NCBI GenBank assembly: GCA_035263125.1
Contig: DATFRP010000100.1
Location: 2,920-66,919, forward strand
Direction of reading: 5' to 3'
Length of the DNA: 64,000 nt
From: Vicinamibacterales bacterium
GTDB lineage: Bacteria; Acidobacteriota; Vicinamibacteria; Vicinamibacterales; UBA2999
Below the pieces are notes generated by a model. The model saw nothing but the letters and a program-made list of their open reading frames with translations, made no database searches and had not been told where the DNA came from. How positions within the stretch are numbered: the stretch's first letter is position 1; the number at the start of each line of letters is the position of its first letter. A program made the position numbers and the translations under genes. Below are positions 36,637 to 44,346 of this stretch, piece after piece.

Positions 36637-36787
36637 AGGTGGGGCTGGTAGGGTTGATGGGGCTGGTGGGGTAGATGGGGCTGGTAGGGTTGATGGGGCT
36701 TGTTAGGCGGGCCTTATCTACCCCACCTGCCCTATCCACCCCACCTGCCCTATCCACCTCACTCGCCCCATCCACCTCACTCGCCCG
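36637..36787. repeat. same 18-bp family arranged as a balanced hairpin (G-rich arm, loop, C-rich arm)
   Basis: The left arm (36637-36698) has 3.5 units of GGTGGGGCTGGTAGGGTTGATGGGGCT. The right arm (36717-36787) has 4 units of CCCTATCCACCCCACCTG or CCCCATCCACCTCACTCG. Confidence 0.85.
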
Positions 36788-36830
36788 CCTTTGGTGAGCC
36801 CGCCGTTTTCCTGTACGCTCCTTTGAGGGA

Positions 36831-38732
36831 ATGTCTGCGAGACTGACTGAGCACGCTAAAGCGTGCGCGCTACTGGCTTTGTTGCTGCTGACGGGGTGTC
36901 GGAGCGGCGCGTCTTCAGACGCGCCGGCAGCCTCGGCGGCGGGCGGTACCACGAAGCCGACCGAAGACTGGTTCACGGAGCGCGCAAAAGACACTGGGAT
37001 CAACTTCACCCACTTCAATGGGATGTCCGGCGAGCAGTACTACCCGGAGATCATGTCGCCCGGCGTCGCCCTGCTCGACTACGACAACGATGGGGATCTC
37101 GACGTGTACCTCGTCCAGGGCGCGATGCTGGGGAACAAGACGATCAAGGATGCGATCTATCCGCCGGAGGGACCGCCCGGCGATCGGTTGTTCCGCAACG
37201 ATCTCGTGATCAATCCCGACGGGACGCGCACGCTGCACTTCACCGACGTCACCACTGAAAGCAAGGTCAACATCACGACCTTCGGGATGGGCGTCGCCGT
37301 GGGTGATTTCGACAACGACGGCTTCGTCGACATCTATCGCACGAGCCTCTCGGGTGCAGTGCTCCTTCACAACAACGGCGACCGGACGTTCACTGACGTC
37401 AGCGCGAAAGCGCACGTCGCCAATCAGGGTGGATGGGGCGTGTCAGCGGCGTTCCTCGACTACGACCGCGATGGGTGGCTGGATCTGTTCGTCGGCAACT
37501 ACTTGATCTACTCGATCGCCGGCGACATCGACTGCCTGTCGGTCACGGGGCAGCACGACTACTGCCCGCCGAACAGCTATCGTGCGCAGCCGAGCCACCT
37601 CTATCACAATCGCGGCGACGGTACCTTCGAGGACGTCACGTCGCGCGCGCTGATTGGCGGTGCATACGGACCGGCGCTTGGCGTGTCGACGGCCGACTTC
37701 AACAACGACGGGTGGATCGACATCTACGTCGGCAACGACGGCCAGCCCAATCAACTGTGGATCAACCAGAAGAACGGCACGTTCAAGGAGACGGCGTTCC
37801 TCTCGGGTACGGCGGTCAGCGGCCAGGGCAACTCCGAGGCGAGCATGGGCATCGACGCCGGCGACTTCGACGACGACGGCGACGAGGACCTGTTCATCAC
37901 GAACTGGCTCGCGCAGATGAATGTCATCTACGTGAACATGGGTGACGGCATCTTCGAAGACCGGAGAGCGGCCACCGGTCTCGGGCCGCCAAGCCTCGCG
38001 AGGACAGGGTTCGGTACCGCCTGGTTCGATTACGACAACGACTCGTGGCTCGATCTCTTCACCGCGAACGGCAGCGTCTCGATCGTCGAAGCCCAGGCAC
38101 GCGCCAAGGATCCGTTCCCGTTGAAGATGATGAATCAGCTGTACCACAACCTCGGAAACGGCCGGTTCGAAGACGTGTCATCGAAGGCGGGCAAGGCGTT
38201 CACCTTGAGCGAAGTCAATCGCGGGGCCGCGTTCGGTGACATCGACAACGATGGCGACGTCGACGTCCTCGTCGGCACCGCCGCGGGTCCGACGCGTCTG
38301 CTGATCAACAACGTCGGCAACAAGAACCACTGGTTGGGTCTCCGCCTGGCGCAGCCAGTCTCGCCGAAGCCGAAGTCGAAGGCGGACCCGGTCCCCCCAC
38401 GCCCGCAGGGCGTTGCCCCACCGGGCTCGAAGAGCCCGGCCCCATTGGACCCGAAGGGTCCGACCCCACCGGGCTCGAAGAGCTCGGCCCCGATCCGCGA
38501 CGCCCTCGGCGCCCGCGTCTACGTGATGCGCAAATCGGGTCCCGCACTCATGAGACGCGCGCGTTCCGACGGAAGCTATGCATCGGCCAACGATCCTCGC
38601 ATCGTGGTCGGCCTGGGCTCCTCGGCCGATCCGGTGAGCCTGCGTGTGGTGTGGCCCGATGGCAGGACCGAGGAATTCGCCAATGTCACTGTCGATCGCT
38701 GGACGACCGTCGTCGAGGGGAGCGCGAAGTGA
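36831..38732 (+). CDS. CRTAC1-family lipoprotein (FG-GAP/VCBS repeats + ASPIC/UnbV domain)
   Basis: Lipobox LLLTGC, repeated DxDNDGxxD FG-GAP motifs, and a C-terminal NHWLGLRL...RDALGARVYV...SYASANDPRIVVGLG UnbV-like domain. Confidence 0.85.
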   Translation: MSARLTEHAKACALLALLLLTGCRSGASSDAPAASAAGGTTKPTEDWFTERAKDTGINFTHFNGMSGEQYYPEIMSPGVALLDYDNDGDLDVYLVQGAMLGNKTIKDAIYPPEGPPGDRLFRNDLVINPDGTRTLHFTDVTTESKVNITTFGMGVAVGDFDNDGFVDIYRTSLSGAVLLHNNGDRTFTDVSAKAHVANQGGWGVSAAFLDYDRDGWLDLFVGNYLIYSIAGDIDCLSVTGQHDYCPPNSYRAQPSHLYHNRGDGTFEDVTSRALIGGAYGPALGVSTADFNNDGWIDIYVGNDGQPNQLWINQKNGTFKETAFLSGTAVSGQGNSEASMGIDAGDFDDDGDEDLFITNWLAQMNVIYVNMGDGIFEDRRAATGLGPPSLARTGFGTAWFDYDNDSWLDLFTANGSVSIVEAQARAKDPFPLKMMNQLYHNLGNGRFEDVSSKAGKAFTLSEVNRGAAFGDIDNDGDVDVLVGTAAGPTRLLINNVGNKNHWLGLRLAQPVSPKPKSKADPVPPRPQGVAPPGSKSPAPLDPKGPTPPGSKSSAPIRDALGARVYVMRKSGPALMRRARSDGSYASANDPRIVVGLGSSADPVSLRVVWPDGRTEEFANVTVDRWTTVVEGSAK

Positions 38733-40441
38733 AGGTGTTCACCCCGGCGCGCGCCGCGGCCCTCGTGGCGTTGGTGCTGGCAGGCGCGCCCATGCTCATC
38801 GCGACCGAGGCGTGCTCGAAGGCCGAGACGACCGCGACGCCGGCGAAGCAGATTCGTGAGATCACGCTGCCTGATCTCTCGCGCATGGACGCGACGGTGC
38901 AGAATCAGATTCGCGAACGCTACACGAGCGCGCTCGACGCCCGCAAGAAAGGTGTCGGCGACGCCGATCTGAGCGCCGCGTACGGGGCATACGGCATGGT
39001 GTTGCAGGCCGCTGAGTACTACGAGGCGGCCGAACCGGCGTACTTGAACGCACAGGATCTTGCGCCCGGCGAACTCCGCTGGCCGTATTTCCTCGGCCAT
39101 CTGTACAAAAGCCAGGGCCAGACGAAAAAGGCGATTCAGGCGTTCACGCGTTCGCTCGAGCTCGGGCCGAACGAGATCGCGACGCTGATCTGGCTGGGTC
39201 GCCTCTACCTCGAGGAAGGGCAGCCCGAGCTAGCGCAACCGCTCTTCGAGCGAGCGGCCGCGCTCCCGCCCAAGAACGTCGCCGTGTTGTCGGGGCTCGG
39301 TCAGACGGCGCTCGCCAAGCGCGACTACCCGCGCGCCGTGTCGATGCTCGAGGAAGCGCTGGCGTTCCAACCCTCGGCGCTCAGCGTCCACTCCCCGCTC
39401 GCGATGGCATATCGCGGCCTCGGCGACACGGCCAAGGCGGAAGCGCATCTGAAGCAGTGGCGCAACACGGAAGTGCTCGTTCCCGATCGTTTGCGGATCG
39501 AGCTCGATCTCTCGCTCGAGAGCGGGCTGTCGTACGAGCTGCGGGGCGTTCGTGCGCTTGAAGCGCAGGACTGGAACGCGGCAGAGGGATTCTTCAGGAA
39601 GGGGGTCGCGATCACGACCAGCAGTACGGCGCTCGGTCGTTCGCTGCGTCACAAGCTCGGGACCGCGTTGTTTCTGAAGGGCGACGTCAAGGGAGCGATG
39701 GCGCTCTTCGAGGATGTCGCGAAGCTTGCGCCTGCACAGGGGCTCGACGAATCGTCGGCCAAGGCCTTCTACAGTCTCGGCGTGATCGCGGCATCGAGCG
39801 ATCACAACAAGGAAGCGATCGAGCGCTTTTCGTCAGCGGTCCACTACAACCCTAACTACGCAGAAGCGCAGGTCGGGCTCGCGGACGCGTTACGGCGCGG
39901 AGGACGAGTCCAGGAGTCGTTGAAGGCCTACGCCCAGGTCGTCCAGATCAACCCGCGCTCCACCGAGGCGCGCTTCGGGTATGCCATCGCTCTGGTTCGT
40001 CTGCATCGGTATCGCGAGGCCCGCGATTGGCTCGTCGAAGCGACCCGGCTGCAGCCCGATCAACCCGATCTGTCACTCGCACTCGCGCGTGTGCTCGCCG
40101 CCGCGCCCGACAACACGGTTCGCGACGGGGCCCGGGCGATGGCCATCGTCGAGGAGTTGTTCAAAGGGCCGAAGACCACGACGCTTGGCGAGACGCTGGC
40201 GATGGCGCTGGCGGAAGTCGGTCAATACGAGGAAGCCGCCAAGATCCAGCGCGGGGTGCTCGACGCGGCGAAGCGAGGAGGCGGTCAGGCCGACGTCCGG
40301 CAGATGGCCGCGAACCTCCGGCTCTACGAACAGCGCATGCCCTGTCGCACGCCCTGGGCCGACGACGACCCGATCCATTCGCCGGGACCGCCAGTGGTCC
40401 CGGGACTGGCGAGTGCGTCCGAGGCAGCGCCGTCACAGTAG
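38729..40441 (+). CDS. TPR repeat protein (secreted or lipoprotein)
   Basis: The GTG start overlaps the upstream stop (GTGA). Signal-like VKVFTPARAAALVALVLAGAPMLIATEAC. Many 34-aa TPR units follow. Confidence 0.8.
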   Translation: MKVFTPARAAALVALVLAGAPMLIATEACSKAETTATPAKQIREITLPDLSRMDATVQNQIRERYTSALDARKKGVGDADLSAAYGAYGMVLQAAEYYEAAEPAYLNAQDLAPGELRWPYFLGHLYKSQGQTKKAIQAFTRSLELGPNEIATLIWLGRLYLEEGQPELAQPLFERAAALPPKNVAVLSGLGQTALAKRDYPRAVSMLEEALAFQPSALSVHSPLAMAYRGLGDTAKAEAHLKQWRNTEVLVPDRLRIELDLSLESGLSYELRGVRALEAQDWNAAEGFFRKGVAITTSSTALGRSLRHKLGTALFLKGDVKGAMALFEDVAKLAPAQGLDESSAKAFYSLGVIAASSDHNKEAIERFSSAVHYNPNYAEAQVGLADALRRGGRVQESLKAYAQVVQINPRSTEARFGYAIALVRLHRYREARDWLVEATRLQPDQPDLSLALARVLAAAPDNTVRDGARAMAIVEELFKGPKTTTLGETLAMALAEVGQYEEAAKIQRGVLDAAKRGGGQADVRQMAANLRLYEQRMPCRTPWADDDPIHSPGPPVVPGLASASEAAPSQ

Positions 40442-40703
40442 GCGCCGTCACAATAGGGCGCCTGCCGCATTCTTACTAAATTGGCTGCAGATGCCTCATA
40501 TACGACATAAGTGTCGTAGATCGGCACTCGCTCAGCCGTAGGTGCAACGCCGGGGCTCGGTGGCCGAGCAGAGGGTTCAAACGTCACCAGACATTTCTGT
40601 CGACGCATTTTTGAGCTCTACATAAATGTATGGTCATTCCTGCCACGATTGCGCGGAATTGGCCGAAACGCGGGCATTTCTCGCTTCAGGTCACGCTCAG
40701 CCG

Positions 40704-40719
40704 TGGCACCTCGCTTGCT
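40704..40719 (+). promoter_or_regulatory. sigma-54 (-24/-12) promoter TGGCAC-N5-TTGCT
   Basis: Exact match to the RpoN consensus TGGCAC N5 TTGCW, with GG at 40705-06 and GC at 40717-18. It lies about 63 bp upstream of the amt ATG. Confidence 0.6.
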
Positions 40720-40781
40720 CTTCTCGCCGCGGCCCGGGTGGGGCCTCCCGGTCGAGGCCTGCCCCTTCTGAGGTGAGCGGA

Positions 40782-42008
40782 ATGATCAATCAAGCTGACA
40801 CTGCTTGGATGCTGGTTTCAACGGCCTTGGTGCTCCTGATGACGCCAGCCCTCGGTTTCTTCTACGGCGGGTTGGTGCGCAGCAAGAACGCGTTGAACAC
40901 GTTGATGATGAGTTATATCGCCCTCGGGTTCGTCGGCATTCTGTGGGCGCTCGTCGGCTATTCGCTTGCGTTTACGACCGGGACGAACTGGCTCGGCGAT
41001 CTGTCGAACGTGTTCCTCAAAGGTGTCGGCACAGAAGCGCTTGGCACAATCCCGCACGTGCTCCACATGGCCTACCAGGCCACCTTCTGCATCATCACCG
41101 CCGCATTGATCTCCGGCGCGATCGTCGAGCGCATGCGGTTCTCGGCCTACGTGGTCTTTATTTCTCTCTGGTCGGTCGTCGTCTACGCCCCGATCGCCCA
41201 CTGGGTGTGGGGTGGCGGCTGGCTCGCCGACATGCTTGCCCTGGATTTCGCCGGCGGCACCGTTGTGCACGTCAATGCGGGCGTCGCCGCGCTCGTAGCG
41301 GCCATCGTCGTCGGCAAGCGGCAGGAATATCCGTCGTCGTCGCTATTGCCGCACAGCGTGCCCTTCGTGCTGCTCGGCGCCGGGCTGCTGTGGTTTGGCT
41401 GGTTCGGTTTCAACTCCGGCAGCGCGCTGGCCTCCAATGAGCTGGCGAGCCTCGCGTTCGCCAACACCTTCCTCGCCCCGGCGGCGACGCTCGTCGTCTG
41501 GACCTTCCTCGATGCCCTGCGGTCCGGAAAGCCAACCGCAGTAGGCGCGGCAACGGCGATCGTCGTCGGCCTCGTGGCCATCACGCCCGCGGCTGGCTTC
41601 ATCAGCCCGATGAGCGCGATTGCGCTTGGCGCCATTGCGGCTGTCCCAAGCTATCTCGCGCTCATTATCAGAGCGAAGACCTCGTTGGACGATTCGCTCG
41701 ACGTTGTCGCCGCTCACGGCGTGGGTGGAACGGTGGGTGCGCTCCTCACCGGTGTGTTTGCGCAGAAAGCGCTGAACTCGGCGGGCGCCGACGGCCTGCT
41801 GTTCGGCAATCCCGGTCAGCTCGGCATTCAGGCGTTGGCGATTCTGACCGCGATCGTCTACAGCGGTGTGATGAGCTTCGTGCTGCTCAAGGTCGTCGGT
41901 CTCGTGATCCCGCTTCGCCCGTCGCGTGCCGACGAAACCGTCGGTCTCGACGTTTCGCTGCACGGCGAGGAAGCGTATCTCCACGCCGAAGGATCGGGGG
42001 CTTCATAG
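40782..42008 (+). CDS. amt: ammonium transporter
   Basis: The ATG is preceded by GAGGTGAG. DTAWMLVSTALVLLMTPALGFFYGGLVRSKN and FAGGTVVHVNAGVAAL are Amt/AmtB signatures. Confidence 0.9.
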   Translation: MINQADTAWMLVSTALVLLMTPALGFFYGGLVRSKNALNTLMMSYIALGFVGILWALVGYSLAFTTGTNWLGDLSNVFLKGVGTEALGTIPHVLHMAYQATFCIITAALISGAIVERMRFSAYVVFISLWSVVVYAPIAHWVWGGGWLADMLALDFAGGTVVHVNAGVAALVAAIVVGKRQEYPSSSLLPHSVPFVLLGAGLLWFGWFGFNSGSALASNELASLAFANTFLAPAATLVVWTFLDALRSGKPTAVGAATAIVVGLVAITPAAGFISPMSAIALGAIAAVPSYLALIIRAKTSLDDSLDVVAAHGVGGTVGALLTGVFAQKALNSAGADGLLFGNPGQLGIQALAILTAIVYSGVMSFVLLKVVGLVIPLRPSRADETVGLDVSLHGEEAYLHAEGSGAS

Positions 42009-42012
42009 AACA

Positions 42013-42870
42013 TTGGTCTCACAGCCTGGCTTTGAAGGACTCCGCGTTCTGACACTCGAAAGCCGACGCGCTACCGAGCTGGCCGCCATCATCACTTCCT
42101 ACGGCGGCCAGCCGATCTCGGCACCATCGATGCGGGAAGTGCCGCTGCAGTCCAATCCCGAAGCGATCGCATTCGCGGACGCGCTCGAGCAGGACGCGTT
42201 CGGCCTGGTCATCCTGCTGACAGGCGTCGGTGCGCGTGCGCTGGTCGCGGTGATCGAGCGGGTGCGCGGGACGCGCGAGGCGTTTCTCGACGCGCTGCGT
42301 CGCACGAAGATCCTTGCCCGCGGTCCCAAACCGGTCGCGGCGCTGCGCGAGTGGAACGTGCCGGTCTGGCTCACGGCTCCCGAACCGAATACCTGGCGCG
42401 AAGTGCTGATGGCGCTCGACTCGAAAGCCAGCGAGTTTGCGCTCGCGGGCGTGCACGTCGCCGTGCAGGAGTACGGCGAGTCGAATGCGGAGCTGCTGGC
42501 CGGGCTCCAGGCGCGCGGCGCCCTGGTGACGCGCGTGCCGGTGTATCAGTGGGCGCTGCCCGATGATCTTGGCCCGCTGCAGGCCGCAGTCAGTGCGATT
42601 GCGAATCGCGATCTCGACGTCGTGCTCTTCACGACCGCGACTCAGGTCGTGCATCTGCTGCAAGTGGCGAGGAGCATGCAGCTCGACGATCGCGTGATCG
42701 ATGGCTTGCGTCACATCGTCGTTGCGTCGATTGGTCCAACCACGACCGAAGAGCTGGTTCGCAACCGAATCACTCCCGATCTCGAACCGACGCGCCCCAA
42801 GATGGGCTTCCTCGTGCGCGAAACTGCGGAGCGTGCCGCCGATCTCTTGAAGTCGAAGAGACACACGTAG
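42013..42870 (+). CDS. hemD: uroporphyrinogen-III synthase-like protein
   Basis: The HEM4-like pattern is LRVLTLESRR...LLTGVGARAL...VLFTTATQV...VASIGPTTTEEL. The start is uncertain: TTG at 42013 is the first candidate after the amt stop. Confidence 0.65.
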   Translation: MVSQPGFEGLRVLTLESRRATELAAIITSYGGQPISAPSMREVPLQSNPEAIAFADALEQDAFGLVILLTGVGARALVAVIERVRGTREAFLDALRRTKILARGPKPVAALREWNVPVWLTAPEPNTWREVLMALDSKASEFALAGVHVAVQEYGESNAELLAGLQARGALVTRVPVYQWALPDDLGPLQAAVSAIANRDLDVVLFTTATQVVHLLQVARSMQLDDRVIDGLRHIVVASIGPTTTEELVRNRITPDLEPTRPKMGFLVRETAERAADLLKSKRHT

Positions 42871-42939
42871 GCGCCCGAGGCGTTCGGCCTGCCCGTCACG
42901 TGCTTCAGCCCGTACGCCACCACGGCGTACTATTGAGCA

Positions 42940-43287
42940 ATGCCTACTTCCGAGGAGCTGCTCGAACTCGCCGAACGCTGCGCGGACAAACTGGCGCTCG
43001 ACGGCAGGCTGCGATCGATCCCGTCCTTCTCCGACGCTGAAGATCAGTGCGAAGAGGAGTACGAGGACCTGCTGCAGGCGATTCACGAGGATGAACTCTT
43101 CGCGCCCGTCGATATTCAGCGCCAGGAGCACCTCGTCGAACAGATCGCGCAGAAGCTGCCCGAACTGGCGCGCACCTTGATCGTCGAGCTCGCCGACAAT
43201 CACGCCCGTCATGTGTGGCTGCAGCAGGAAGGCGCGTACCACCTCGGTCTCGCTGTCGGCCGTCGGATTCGTCAGCGAAAAGAGTAG
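42940..43287 (+). CDS. hypothetical acidic protein (115 aa)
   Basis: ATG-initiated ORF with G/C-rich third codon positions like its neighbours. I recognised no family. Confidence 0.5.
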   Translation: MPTSEELLELAERCADKLALDGRLRSIPSFSDAEDQCEEEYEDLLQAIHEDELFAPVDIQRQEHLVEQIAQKLPELARTLIVELADNHARHVWLQQEGAYHLGLAVGRRIRQRKE

Positions 43288-43407
43288 GAATCAGGAAGCA
43301 GGAAGCAGGATGCAGGTCTGGGCCAGGCATCAGGATTCAGATGTGAGGCTTCAGACCTGACCGCTCGAGCCGGCTGATTCCTGATTCCTGATTCCTGAAT
43401 CCTGATC
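43287..43407. repeat. GGAATCAGG-family palindromic element, copy 3
   Basis: TAGGAATCAGGAAGCAGGAAGCAGGATGCAGGTCTGGGCCAGG pairs with GCTGATTCCTGATTCCTGATTCCTGAATCCTGATC. It starts at the stop TAG. Confidence 0.8.
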
Positions 43408-43452
43408 TTGATCGTAGGACAAGCCGGTTCGTGCGACTCCTATACTGCCCCC

Positions 43453-44346
43453 ATGTCGCTGTCTTATCTGCACTACGATGTTTTCACCAGTGAGCCGCTC
43501 GCGGGCAACCAGCTCGCCGTTTTTCCCGACGCGCGCGGCCTGAACACGGCACGCATGCAGCGCCTCGCGCGCGAGATGAATTTCGCGGAGAGCACATTCG
43601 TCTTTCCATCCGAGCAGCAAGGCACCGACGTTCGCATGCGAATCTTCACGCCATATATCGAGATGCCCATGGCTGGGCATCCGACGATTGGCAGCACGTT
43701 CGCGTTGGCCCACACCGGTGGCATTGCCGCTGGCGCGCAGCGATTCGTTTTTGGTTTGAATGTCGGGCCGATCTCGGTCGATCTCGAATGGCGGAACGGC
43801 GCGCTCACCTTTGCATGGATGACGCAGCTGCCTCCGGTCTTCACGCCGCCGCTTGCCTCACGCGCAGCGGCGGCCACCGCCATCGGTCTCCAGGAGAGCG
43901 ACCTCGTACCCGATCTGCCGGTTCAGGAGATCACCTGCGGTGTGCCGTTCCTCTTCGTACCGCTGCGCGATCGCGCCACCGTCGATCGGGCGGTGGGCGA
44001 TGTGCGGGCGTTCAAGAACGTGGTGCCATCCGACGTGCCGATCTTTCTGTTCGCCGTCGATCCAGATTCGTCAGGGCAATCGGTGTACAGCCGGATGTTC
44101 GCGCCCGACTTCGGTATCATTGAAGACCCGGCAACTGGCGGGGCAAGCGGACCGCTTGGCTGCTACCTCGTGCAGCATGGCCTCGTGTCGGGCGAGGCGG
44201 CGCAGAAGATCGCCAGCTACCAGGGCGTCGCGATGGGCCGCCCGAGCCGCATTCACATCGCGATCACCGGCCGCCCAAACGCGATCACCAAGGTGAGGGT
44301 CGGTGGGGAAGCCGTGCTCGTCGGGCGTGGAGAACTAGTCGTGTGA
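43453..44346 (+). CDS. PhzF family isomerase-like protein
   Basis: YLHYDVFTSEPLAGNQLAVF...NFAESTFVFP...FTPYIEMPMAGHPTIGS are typical PhzF motifs. Confidence 0.85.
   Translation: MSLSYLHYDVFTSEPLAGNQLAVFPDARGLNTARMQRLAREMNFAESTFVFPSEQQGTDVRMRIFTPYIEMPMAGHPTIGSTFALAHTGGIAAGAQRFVFGLNVGPISVDLEWRNGALTFAWMTQLPPVFTPPLASRAAAATAIGLQESDLVPDLPVQEITCGVPFLFVPLRDRATVDRAVGDVRAFKNVVPSDVPIFLFAVDPDSSGQSVYSRMFAPDFGIIEDPATGGASGPLGCYLVQHGLVSGEAAQKIASYQGVAMGRPSRIHIAITGRPNAITKVRVGGEAVLVGRGELVV

Noticed and set aside
33383-37018. Two long minus-strand ORFs (611 aa and 558 aa)
   Set aside because: Both are antisense to TonB-like paralog 3. The second runs straight through the 18-bp repeat array into the CRTAC1 gene. 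Their composition is Arg-rich and motif-free, so they are shadow ORFs.
40441-40700. NtrC enhancer sites (TGCACC-N5-GGTGCA type) upstream of the sigma-54 promoter
   Set aside because: Only an isolated GGTGCA half-site and unrelated palindromes are present. I cannot support a specific activator binding-site call.
42019-43242. 407-aa minus-strand ORF
   Set aside because: It is antisense to the hemD-like gene and the small acidic ORF, and shows no family signature. The plus-strand genes have recognisable motifs and better start contexts.
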